A DNA stretch of 64,000 bases from an uncultured Eubacteriales bacterium (GTDB lineage: Bacteria > Bacillota > Clostridia > Monoglobales > Monoglobaceae), in NCBI GenBank assembly GCA_958352815.1, contig CATWQA010000002.1, forward strand, positions 21,832 to 85,831, written 5' to 3'. The first letter of the stretch is position 1; the number at the start of each line of letters is the position of its first letter. The position numbers and the translations under genes are program-made. Below are positions 18,455-29,040 of this stretch, piece after piece. Under the pieces are notes generated by a model. It did no database searches. It saw nothing but the letters and a program-made list of their open reading frames with translations, and was not told the DNA's origin.

Positions 18455-18488
18455 AAAAAAGCCGAACTGCACAAAACGCAACTCAGCT
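18455..18488 (-). terminator. Rho-independent terminator after pnp
   Basis: Minus-strand RNA AGCUGAGUUGC-guuuugu-GCAGUUCGGCU forms an 11-bp stem including 3 G-U pairs, followed by UUUUUU. Confidence 0.7.
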
Positions 18489-18509
18489 TTTCGTAAATTT
18501 TTACAATTT

Positions 18510-20594
18510 TTAATTAATTTTTCTCAAATTAATCTTTCCGTTGGGCTGGATTTCTATAATCTCAACCTTAACCATATCGCCCTCTTTGACAACATCCGTA
18601 ACCTTTTCAACTCTGCCCTTTGCCAGCTTTGAAATATGGATAAGTCCGTCCGTGCCGGGAAGGATTTCAACAAAGGCGCCGAAGTCCATAATTTTAACAA
18701 CCTTGCCCTCGTAAATCTCGCCGACCTCCGGATCCTTAATGATGTTTTCAATCATCGTCTTTGCCTTCTCTCCGCTTGCCGGGTCAACCGCCGCAATATA
18801 AACGCGGCCGTCGTCCTCAATGTCAATCTTTGCTCCGGTCTCGGCAATTATTCCCTGAATTGTCTTACCGCCGCTTCCGATAACGTCGCGGATCTTATCA
18901 ACGGGAATCTGCATATTGATAATCTTGGGAGCATACTGAGAAATATCTTCTCTGGGCTCCGAAATCGCCTTGAGCATAACCTCATCCAAAATATAATATC
19001 TTGCGTTTCTGGTCTGCTCCAGAGCGGTCTTGATTATTGCAGGAGTCAAGCCGTCAACCTTAAGGTCCATCTGAATTGCCGTGATACCCTTTTTGGTTCC
19101 GGCAACCTTAAAGTCCATATCTCCGAAAAAGTCCTCCAGACCCTGAATATCAACCATTGTCATAAAGTTATCATCGTCCTCCGGATCGGTTATAAGACCA
19201 ACGGAGATACCCGCAACGGGAGCCTTAATGGGAACGCCTGCGTCCATTAGAGAAAGGGTGGAGCCGCAGATACTTCCCTGAGAGGTTGAACCGTTTGAGC
19301 TCAGCACCTCGGAAACCACTCTGATTGCATAGGGGAACTCGTCAACGCTGGGCAGCACGGGCAGCAGAGCGCGCTCCGCCAAAGCGCCGTGACCGATTTC
19401 ACGTCTGCCGGGACCTCTTGAAGGTCTGGTCTCGCCAACGCTGTATGAGGGGAAATTGTACTGGTGCATATATCTCTTGGACTCCTCAAGACCCAAACCG
19501 TCAATAATCTGAGCCTCGCCTACGGGAGCCAGAGTTGTTACGGACAGACACTGAGTCTGACCTCTGCTGAACAGACCGCTTCCGTGAGCTCTGGGCAGCA
19601 GACCTACCTCTGCCGACAGGGGACGGAGCTCCAGAATACCTCTGCCGTCCACACGCTTCTTGTCATACATGAGCCAGTTTCTCACAACCGTCTTTTGCAG
19701 CTTGTAGAGCGCCTCGTCTATCTGAGCCTTGTACTCCTCCTGGGGGTACTTGTCCTCAAAGTGCACATACACATCCTCATACACAACCAAAAGTCTTGCG
19801 TCTCTGACCGTCTTATCGTCTGTGTCGAGAGCCTGCTTAACCTGCTCCTCGGCGTAGTCTCTGATGTCGTCAAACAAGCCCTGGTCTACAACCATGTGCT
19901 CATACTCAAACTTGGGCTTTCCGATTTCATCAACAATCTTCTTGAGGAATGCGCAGATCTTCTTTATCTCCTCGTGAGCGAACATGATTGCGTTGTACAT
20001 ATCCGCCTCGGAAACCTCATTGGCTCCCGCCTCAATCATAACAACCTTTTCGGACGAGCCTGAAACAATCAGGTTAAGGTCGCTCTTCTCTCTCTCTTCA
20101 ACCGTGGGGTTAATCACGAAGTTACCGTCAATCAAGCCCACATATACAGCGGCAACGGGACCGTTAAAGGGAATGTCCGAAACAGAAACCGCAATTGACG
20201 AACCGATCATAGCGCAGAACTCGGGAGAGTTATCCTGTTCAACCGAAACCACTGTTGAAACAATAGAAACATCGTTTCTCAAGTCCTTAGGGAACAGGGG
20301 GCGCATGGGTCTGTCAATAACACGTGAGGTCAAAATTGCGTGCTCCGACGGCTTGCCCTCACGTCTGGTAAAGCCTCCGGGGATCTTGCCCACTGCGTAC
20401 ATCTTCTCCTCATAGTCAATGCTGAGGGGGAAGAAGTCTATTCCCTCTCTGGGCTTGTCCGAAGCCGTTGCGCAGGAAATCACCGCCGTATCGCCGTATC
20501 TTACTATAACCGAGCCGTTTGCAAGCCCTGCAACCTTGCCGAATTCCAGAGACAGTGTTCTGCCGGCAACTTGTGTTTCATAAATTTTTGACAT
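18510..20594 (-). CDS. pnp: Polyribonucleotide nucleotidyltransferase (PNPase)
   Basis: 694 aa with two RNase PH domains, then KH (GSGGKTIQGI) and S1 (GEIYEGKVVKIMDFGAFVEI) domains. Confidence 0.97.
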   Translation of the reverse strand: MSKIYETQVAGRTLSLEFGKVAGLANGSVIVRYGDTAVISCATASDKPREGIDFFPLSIDYEEKMYAVGKIPGGFTRREGKPSEHAILTSRVIDRPMRPLFPKDLRNDVSIVSTVVSVEQDNSPEFCAMIGSSIAVSVSDIPFNGPVAAVYVGLIDGNFVINPTVEEREKSDLNLIVSGSSEKVVMIEAGANEVSEADMYNAIMFAHEEIKKICAFLKKIVDEIGKPKFEYEHMVVDQGLFDDIRDYAEEQVKQALDTDDKTVRDARLLVVYEDVYVHFEDKYPQEEYKAQIDEALYKLQKTVVRNWLMYDKKRVDGRGILELRPLSAEVGLLPRAHGSGLFSRGQTQCLSVTTLAPVGEAQIIDGLGLEESKRYMHQYNFPSYSVGETRPSRGPGRREIGHGALAERALLPVLPSVDEFPYAIRVVSEVLSSNGSTSQGSICGSTLSLMDAGVPIKAPVAGISVGLITDPEDDDNFMTMVDIQGLEDFFGDMDFKVAGTKKGITAIQMDLKVDGLTPAIIKTALEQTRNARYYILDEVMLKAISEPREDISQYAPKIINMQIPVDKIRDVIGSGGKTIQGIIAETGAKIDIEDDGRVYIAAVDPASGEKAKTMIENIIKDPEVGEIYEGKVVKIMDFGAFVEILPGTDGLIHISKLAKGRVEKVTDVVKEGDMVKVEIIEIQPNGKINLRKIN

Positions 20595-20620
20595 TTTATA
20601 TCCTCCTTTAAAATTTCTTA

Positions 20621-20700
20621 AAAGAGAGGCTTGCTTAGCACTTAAAAACAGACACCCGGCAGATGTATATTTTTAACTGCTAAAGTAAGCGTTCTCTTTT
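20621..20700 (-). promoter_or_regulatory. Long imperfect stem-loop in the rpsO-pnp spacer (candidate pnp leader / processing hairpin)
   Basis: AAAAGAGAGGCTTGCTTAGCACTT (20621-20643) pairs with AACTGCTAAAGTAAGCGTTCTCTTTT (20675-20700). Confidence 0.4.
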
Positions 20701-20769
20701 ATTTTAGATTAGTAAAATCAAAGGCAACCCATGCCCCAAGCATAAAGGAACACAGGCTGCCCGTTGTTT

Positions 20770-21033
20770 TTAGTGTCTCAGACCGAGCTTCTCAACGATA
20801 GCACGATATCTATTAATATCCTTCTTCTCAAGATACCGCAAAAAGCTACGTCTAACGCCGACCATCTTAAGCAGACCACGTCTTGAGTGGTGATCCTTCT
20901 TGTGAACCTTAAGATGCTCGTTCAGATGATTAATTCTGTAGGTCAGCAATGCAATCTGAACCTCCGGAGAACCTGTGTCCCCCTCATGAGTAGCGTACTT
21001 CTCAATAATCTCCTGCTTTACGTCCTTATCCAT
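20770..21033 (-). CDS. rpsO: 30S ribosomal protein S15
   Basis: 87 aa: ...[45 protein letters not shown]... Confidence 0.97.
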   Translation of the reverse strand: MDKDVKQEIIEKYATHEGDTGSPEVQIALLTYRINHLNEHLKVHKKDHHSRRGLLKMVGVRRSFLRYLEKKDINRYRAIVEKLGLRH

Positions 21034-21143
21034 TGATGTGTCACCTCCATATTAATATTATCCCCGTAAAGCCTTGTTTGGGGCGGTGAATCCATATCCC
21101 CAGACTAAGCAATAGGTTATTACCAAATGGTATGATAACACAA

Positions 21144-23165
<2,022 letters not shown>

Positions 23166-23387
23166 TTAAAAATTAAGACGTCCTTGTCGTAAAGGCAAGG
23201 GATAGCTTGGATAATATTATAACCTAAAACATGAAATCAATCAAGAGTTAAAAATTAAGTTGCGGATTTGGAATTTAATTGGAATGTCCGCAACAGAAAA
23301 TCAAATATTTCATAGGGGCTATGTAAATGCTAAAACTTTATTTAAATCCGTCTATTTTAACAAGTTTGTATATATGTAAATCACCAC

Positions 23388-23706
23388 GGTGTAGGGGGCG
23401 GCTTCCCGATTAACAACAACTAAGGAATGTTATTGACATTGCCTACTTTGTATAAATAGGACTATTGCGAGCCGTCCAACTTCAAAGAAGTTGGGTCACA
23501 GACGCCCCGCATGTAAACCAATGTGATTATATGAATTTATCGGGATTTTGATTTAAAGAAAATCCCAAATCCGCATAATATAATATTTACTGTTAATATG
23601 ACGAGCGGGGCGTATAGGAATCCGCCCCCTACAACCTGAACGGTTACATATAACTAAATCCATTCGTAAAATTATACTCCACGCCTCGAGCCCAACGGGC
23701 TAGGCG
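23388..23706 (-). mobile_element. Module D copy 2: MITE-like element with long hairpin-containing inverted ends, carrying an E insertion
   Basis: Its reverse complement aligns with 60786-61008 along the whole length, apart from the 93-bp insert at 23407-23499. Confidence 0.75.
23407..23499 (+). mobile_element. Module E copy 1 (93 bp), nested in a D terminal hairpin
   Basis: It splits ggcggcttccc|(a)gacgccccgc and aligns gap-free with the other three E copies. Confidence 0.8.
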
Positions 23707-23725
23707 ATATTAATATACAAATATA

Positions 23726-25081
23726 CTAACCTTTCGGTTTATGGGCAGCCGGCAGCTCCACAATAAACTCGGTAAACTTATCGGGCTCGCTCTTCAGCTT
23801 AATATCCCCCTTATGAGAGACGGCGATGGTCTTAGCAATTGCCAGACCTAAGCCGTAGCCCCCGCTCTGCCTTGACCTTGACTTATCCGAACGATAAAAC
23901 CTGTCAAAAATCTTAGCCGCGTCCTCCGCCTTTATGCCCTCGCCTGTGTTCTTTACCGAGAGCCTTGCCTTACCCTCAGACCTGCTTAAGGTCACCTCTA
24001 CGGAGCCGCCTTCGTTTGTATACTTAACCGCATTATCAAGCAAAATCATTATCAGTTGCTTAAGCTGTCCCAGATCGCCCTTTACATATACGTTCTCCTC
24101 TATGCTGTCAGTCAGGAACAGGTTTTTCTCAAACACAACCGCTTCCATGGTGAGAATAACGCTCTCTGCCGCTGAGGACAGAGAGACCACTGACTTTACC
24201 GTATTGTTTTCCGCACCGTAATCCACCTTGGCAAGATACAGCAAGTCGTTAGTCAGCTTTGTCATTCTGGCGGCCTCGTCCTTTATGTAGTAAATCCACT
24301 TCTTCTCCTGCTCTATTGTGTTGTCTCGGTGAATGAGAAGCACGTCCGCATTGGTGTTTATTACCGTCAGCGGGGTTTTCAGCTCGTGAGAGGCGTCGGC
24401 GATAAACTGTTTCTGCTTGTCCCATGCCTCCTTAATGGGCTTGATTGACCTGTTGGCAAAAAACATACATATCATCAGCAGGAATATAAGGGCGGCAACA
24501 AGAACCACCGAAAGGGTGAGCACAAGACTTCTCAGCATATCTGTTCGAGTGTTAATATTGCTAATGCTAATAACGTAACTATCTGCGCCGCCGTTCTCTC
24601 CCGGCTTCTCAAAGTTAGTCACAATCAGGTATTTATAATAAACTCCGTCAAGCTTCACCGTACCGCTCACCCTTGCCATAGGGTCATTGACGGCTTTAAA
24701 CTCACTTAAAGCGGATCCAATAATACTGTTATAAAAATCTTCGCTGTAGTCATAAAATGAGTGGGTCTCCGCAATCTCTCCGCTCTCGTTTATCATTATT
24801 GCGCTGACCTCGTTCATCTCCTGACCTACCGGATCGCGGCGGTCGTTTTCCGGGGCTTCTCCCACGCCTTCCTCAAAATCGGGTAGCGCTCCCCTGTCCG
24901 GATTAAAGCCTCTGCGGTTCCCGGGCTGGAAAAACGAGAGCCCCCTGTCAAGCTGCATCTCGATGGTTTTGTTGGTGTCCCTGTACACCATCATGAACAC
25001 AACGCAAAACGCCCCGATAAGCAGGACGGACACCATTACCATATTCAAAATCAAAAACTTATTTCTGAGCTTTTTAAACAT
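23726..25081 (-). CDS. Two-component sensor histidine kinase
   Basis: Two TM segments, H-box FIADASHELKTPLT, N-box LLDNAVKYT, and G-boxes NTGEGI / GGYGLGLAI. Confidence 0.9.
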   Translation of the reverse strand: MFKKLRNKFLILNMVMVSVLLIGAFCVVFMMVYRDTNKTIEMQLDRGLSFFQPGNRRGFNPDRGALPDFEEGVGEAPENDRRDPVGQEMNEVSAIMINESGEIAETHSFYDYSEDFYNSIIGSALSEFKAVNDPMARVSGTVKLDGVYYKYLIVTNFEKPGENGGADSYVISISNINTRTDMLRSLVLTLSVVLVAALIFLLMICMFFANRSIKPIKEAWDKQKQFIADASHELKTPLTVINTNADVLLIHRDNTIEQEKKWIYYIKDEAARMTKLTNDLLYLAKVDYGAENNTVKSVVSLSSAAESVILTMEAVVFEKNLFLTDSIEENVYVKGDLGQLKQLIMILLDNAVKYTNEGGSVEVTLSRSEGKARLSVKNTGEGIKAEDAAKIFDRFYRSDKSRSRQSGGYGLGLAIAKTIAVSHKGDIKLKSEPDKFTEFIVELPAAHKPKG

Positions 25082-25082
25082 A

Positions 25083-25766
25083 CTATCCCTCTCTCAAAGA
25101 ATATCCCACGCCCCGCACGGTTACAATCGAAACCTGCGAGCCCACATATTTCAGTTTCTTACGCAGGAAAGAAATATAAACCTCCACATGGTTTGCCTCC
25201 GCCTCCGATTCAAAGCCCCACAGCTTTTCTATAATCATGTCCTTTGACAAAACAGCATTCTTGTTGGCGATCAGGTATTCCAAAAGCTCCGACTCCTTAT
25301 GGGTCAGATTTATATCCTTGACGCCGCAGTTCAGCATCATGTTGGCAGGGTCAAGCTCAATGTCTCCAAAGGTCATTCCCTTATCGGGGATTATCTCCCC
25401 TCTGCGTCTGCCCAGAGCACGTATTCTCGCCAGCAGCTCCTCTGTGTTAAAGGGCTTTGCAAGATAGTCGTCCGCCCCGCTGTCAAGACCCCTGACCTTA
25501 TCCGAGATTTCGCCTTTGGCGGTCAGCATTATAACCGGAGTGTCGTTCCCGTACTTCCGCATATTTTTCATAACCGTTATGCCGTCCATTTTGGGCAGCA
25601 TAAGGTCAAGGACGATAACGTCGTATATATTGCTCATGGCATAGTCGTAACCGTCCTCACCGTTGTATACGCTGTCAACGGTATAGTTATTCTTTTTCAG
25701 CATCTGCACCAGCGCCTCCGCCAGGTGTATCTCATCCTCCACAACAAGTATTCTCACAAGGTTCAC
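25083..25766 (-). CDS. OmpR/PhoB-family response regulator
   Basis: Receiver domain (ILVVEDE...DVIVLDLMLP...LTAK) plus a winged-helix C-terminus (LTHKESELLEYL...VEVYISFLRKKL...RGVGY). Confidence 0.92.
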   Translation of the reverse strand: MNLVRILVVEDEIHLAEALVQMLKKNNYTVDSVYNGEDGYDYAMSNIYDVIVLDLMLPKMDGITVMKNMRKYGNDTPVIMLTAKGEISDKVRGLDSGADDYLAKPFNTEELLARIRALGRRRGEIIPDKGMTFGDIELDPANMMLNCGVKDINLTHKESELLEYLIANKNAVLSKDMIIEKLWGFESEAEANHVEVYISFLRKKLKYVGSQVSIVTVRGVGYSLREG

Positions 25767-25891
25767 CCTTTCCCAAAAGCATTATGAAAATATAATAACA
25801 TATGACATACACTTTATCAAATAAATCTTAAAAAAATCTTAAAATTGTTTTTGCTTTATCTGCCTTTGCAAAAGGCAGAATTACATATCCC

Positions 25892-26068
25892 GGGGTTTGG
25901 GGCGGAGCCCCAATCGGTTTCCCCGAAGGGGAAAATCGACACCGCCCGGGTCTGGCTGTGACCCAACTTCTATGAGGTTGGATGGCTCACGGTATTCCTT
26001 TTAAAATATCGTAACCAATGTCAATAACAGCCCTAAGTTGTTGCCGACAGGGCGGAACCGGGCTCGGC
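25892..26068 (+). repeat. Module A copy 3, interrupted by E
   Basis: A sequence 25892-25956 plus 26050-26068. Joining the two halves reproduces cgcccgggtctggcgggcggaaccgggc as in copy 4 (1 substitution). Confidence 0.85.
25957..26049 (-). mobile_element. Module E copy 2 (93 bp), nested in the third hairpin of A
   Basis: Its reverse complement is tgtcggcaacaacttagggctgttattgacattgg...ccaacctcatagaagttgggtcaca. Confidence 0.8.
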
Positions 26069-26166
26069 AACAGATGCACCAACCGGTGCATACAAAATGA
26101 TATATTATATCACAAAATATCACAAATAATCAATTATTGCTTAATTCTGAACGGATAATTATTTGT

Positions 26167-26252
26167 GCCGCTAAAGCGGCGACGCCTGCGCGCCTCACGT
26201 GTCGCCTTCGGCGACCTGCCGTGCTTGCTTGCCGCATTGTTCCCAATGCAGC
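26167..26252 (+). repeat. Module B copy 3
   Basis: GCCGCtaaaGCGGCgacgcctgcgcgcctCACGTGTCGCCttcGGCGACctgccgtgcttgc... The second stem has a different sequence from copies 1 and 2 but still pairs. Confidence 0.8.
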
Positions 26253-26349
26253 ACAATGTCACAATTCTTATTTACCAATAATATTTTGCTGCGGGTTTTA
26301 AATAAAATTGTGCAATTAAGCCGTATTTTTAAAATTTTAGCAAAAACAC

Positions 26350-26378
26350 TTGTAACGGTATGATTTTAGTGTTATAAT
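26350..26378 (+). promoter_or_regulatory. Sigma-A type promoter for cysE-cysS-mrnC
   Basis: TTGTAA 26350-26355, 17 nt, TATAAT 26373-26378. I saw no T-box core sequence in the leader. Confidence 0.45.
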
Positions 26379-26441
26379 TGTCTGAAAGTTTTATATAATG
26401 TATAAATTGACATTATATTAATGCTGTATTGGAGTAATGTT

Positions 26442-27101
26442 ATGGGAATTATAAAGCTTATTAAGGACGAGATACACTTAACCTTTGAACGGGACCCTGC
26501 GGCACGGTCAAAGGCTCAGATATTTTTTCTATATCCCGGAGTTAAGGCGATTATATATCACCGTCTGGCGCACAAGCTATACAATCATAAAAGGTATTTT
26601 CTTGCAGACTGGGTGTCTATGCACGCCAGGAAGGTGACGGGGATTGAAATTCACCCCGCCGCCAAAATCGGCAAGAACGTCTTTATTGATCACGGCATGG
26701 GCGTTGTTATCGGGGAGACCGCCGTTGTAGGCGACAACTGCACAATATACCAAGGGGTGACCCTGGGCGGAACGGGAAAGGACAAGGGAAAGCGCCACCC
26801 CACAATCGGCAGCAACGTGACTATCGGAAGCGGCGCTAAGATTTTGGGGCCTTTTACCGTTGGCGACAACTCGAAGGTGGCGTCAAACGCCGTTGTGCTC
26901 AGTGAGATACCTCCCAACAGCACCTGCGTCGGCGTGCCCGCCCATGTTGTTAAGCGGGAGGGCGTTCGGGTAGCTCCGGCAAAGGTTTGCGCCGACCTTG
27001 ACCAGATACATATCCCCGACCCCGTGTCTATGGATCTGTGCAGCCTTAAAAATGCTGTCGCAAGGCTCGAGAAGCAGATTTCTGAGCTGCAGAAAGACTA
27101 A
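26442..27101 (+). CDS. cysE: Serine O-acetyltransferase
   Basis: Hexapeptide repeats GIEIHPAAKIGKNVFIDHGMGVVIGETAVVGDNCTIYQGVTLGG. ATG 26442 has GGAG 7 nt upstream (the track start is 26421). Confidence 0.9.
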   Translation: MGIIKLIKDEIHLTFERDPAARSKAQIFFLYPGVKAIIYHRLAHKLYNHKRYFLADWVSMHARKVTGIEIHPAAKIGKNVFIDHGMGVVIGETAVVGDNCTIYQGVTLGGTGKDKGKRHPTIGSNVTIGSGAKILGPFTVGDNSKVASNAVVLSEIPPNSTCVGVPAHVVKREGVRVAPAKVCADLDQIHIPDPVSMDLCSLKNAVARLEKQISELQKD

Positions 27102-27131
27102 TCTACCAAATCAGGAAAGGAACTGTTACAC

Positions 27132-28535
27132 ATGAAGCTTTTTAATACGCTGACAAGACAAAAAGAGGAGTTCGTGCCGATTAATCCGGGCAAGGTTATG
27201 ATGTATTCCTGCGGCCCTACGGTTTACAACTTCTTCCATATAGGAAACGCGAGACCCTTTATTATTTTCGACACCCTGAGGAGATATCTGGAGTACTGCG
27301 GAAACGAGGTTAAGTTTGTTCAGAACTTTACGGATATTGACGACAAAATGATTAACAAGGCAAATGAGCTTGGCATAACCGTTAAGGAACTGGCGGACCA
27401 ATATATAAACGAATACTTTATTGACGCAAAGGGTCTGGGTATTCATGAGGCAACAGTCCACCCCAGAGCCACGGAGAATATAGGCGCCATTATTGACATA
27501 ATCAGCCGCTTAATCGAAAACGGCTATGCCTACAACGTGGACGGAGATGTTTACTACAGCGCAAAGAAGTTTAAGGATTACGGCAAGCTGTCTCACCAGC
27601 CCCTTGAGGACTTGGAGAGCGGAGCGCGTATTGACGTGAACGAGGATAAGCAGGACCCTATGGACTTTGCCCTCTGGAAGAAGCAGAAGCCGGGGGAGCC
27701 CGCATGGGAAAGCCCCTGGGGAATGGGCAGACCGGGCTGGCATATTGAGTGCAGCGCCATGGCGAACAAGTACCTGGGCAAGACCATTGACATTCACAGC
27801 GGCGGTCAGGACTTAATTTTCCCTCACCACGAAAACGAAATTGCCCAAAGCGAGGCGGCAAACTGCTGTAACTTCGCCAACTATTGGGTTCACAACGGGT
27901 ACATCAATATTGACAACCGCAAGATGTCAAAATCCCTGGGTAACTTCTTCACCGTTCGCGATGTGGCAAAGGAGTTTGACTATGAGGTAATCCGCTTCTT
28001 TATGCTTTCGGCTCACTACAGAAGCCCCATAAACTTCAGCAAGGAGCTTATGGAGTCCTCAAAATCGGCCTTAGAGCGCATTTACACCTGCATGGAAACT
28101 CTTGAATTTTTAGGTGGCTCCGCCGAGACAAAGGAGCTCAAGGAAAGCGAAAGAGAGGTTATCTCCGCCCTTGACGGATACAAGAAAAAGTTTATCGCCG
28201 CAATGGACGACGATCTGAATACTGCCGACGCAATCTCCGCCCTGTTTGAGATTGTGTCCGAGGCGAACGTTAAGCTCACCGCCGACAACAAGCCCTCAAA
28301 GGCGTCGGCAGAATACGCCTTAAACCTGCTTTCCGAGCTGGGCGGCGTTCTGGGCTTGCTCTCAAACCGCGGTGGCGAAGAGGTTCCCGCAGAGGTAACA
28401 GAGCTCCTGGAGCAGCGCAAGGCGGCAAGAGCCGAGAAAAACTGGGTAAAGTCTGACGAAATCCGCGACAGACTGGGCGAGCTGGGCTACACCGTTAAGG
28501 ACACCAGGCAGGGACAGCAGCTTATCAAACTCTAA
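27132..28535 (+). CDS. cysS: Cysteine--tRNA ligase
   Basis: HIGNARP (HIGH) and KMSKSLGN motifs; 467 aa. Confidence 0.96.
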   Translation: MKLFNTLTRQKEEFVPINPGKVMMYSCGPTVYNFFHIGNARPFIIFDTLRRYLEYCGNEVKFVQNFTDIDDKMINKANELGITVKELADQYINEYFIDAKGLGIHEATVHPRATENIGAIIDIISRLIENGYAYNVDGDVYYSAKKFKDYGKLSHQPLEDLESGARIDVNEDKQDPMDFALWKKQKPGEPAWESPWGMGRPGWHIECSAMANKYLGKTIDIHSGGQDLIFPHHENEIAQSEAANCCNFANYWVHNGYINIDNRKMSKSLGNFFTVRDVAKEFDYEVIRFFMLSAHYRSPINFSKELMESSKSALERIYTCMETLEFLGGSAETKELKESEREVISALDGYKKKFIAAMDDDLNTADAISALFEIVSEANVKLTADNKPSKASAEYALNLLSELGGVLGLLSNRGGEEVPAEVTELLEQRKAARAEKNWVKSDEIRDRLGELGYTVKDTRQGQQLIKL

Positions 28536-28590
28536 GCCTGCATAATTTTTTTAAAACGGCAGATAATATTTAAGAATGAGATAGTTAAAA

Positions 28591-28992
28591 ATGATAGATG
28601 TTATTTTGGAAAACCTGAACCTGGGTAAGGTTCCTCCCTCCCAGTACTCGCCCCTGACTCTGGCGTACGTGGGGGATTGCGTGTACGAGCTGTATGTTCG
28701 CACATACCTGATTAAGGACGCTAATCACAACGTGAACTCTCTGCACAAGGCTGCCACAAAATATGTGTGCTGCAAGGCGCAGGCACAGTTTTACAAGAAA
28801 ATTGAGAATATACTCTCGGAAAACGAGATTAGCGTTTTTAAACGGGGCAGAAACACAAAATCCCACGTTCCGAAAAACGCCAATGTGGGGGATTACAGGA
28901 TTGCCACAGGAGTTGAAGCCCTTATGGGCTACCTGTACCTGTCCGGCGAAAAGCAAAGAATTTGTGACCTGATGAAACATATTTTTGAATAG
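28591..28992 (+). CDS. mrnC: Mini-ribonuclease 3
   Basis: 133 aa with LAYVGDCVYELYVR. The cysE-cysS-mrnC order matches Bacillus. Confidence 0.88.
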   Translation: MIDVILENLNLGKVPPSQYSPLTLAYVGDCVYELYVRTYLIKDANHNVNSLHKAATKYVCCKAQAQFYKKIENILSENEISVFKRGRNTKSHVPKNANVGDYRIATGVEALMGYLYLSGEKQRICDLMKHIFE

Positions 28993-28998
28993 ACACAG

Positions 28999-29040
28999 CC
29001 CCGGCTTTACATATTAAATTTTTAAAGCCGGGGTTGATTT
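28999..29040 (+). terminator. Hairpin after mrnC
   Basis: CCCCGGCTTTA-catattaaattt-TAAAGCCGGGG followed by TTGATTT. It overlaps the track start of the next ORF. Confidence 0.5.

Noticed and set aside
23432-23456. The TTGACA inside module E could be an outward-facing mobile promoter.
   Set aside because: The best -10-like hexamers (TATAAA, TAAATA) sit only 12-14 nt after TTGACA in copies 1, 3 and 4. The corresponding region is not conserved in copy 2. The spacing is wrong for sigma-A, so I do not call a promoter. RNA-seq could revisit this.
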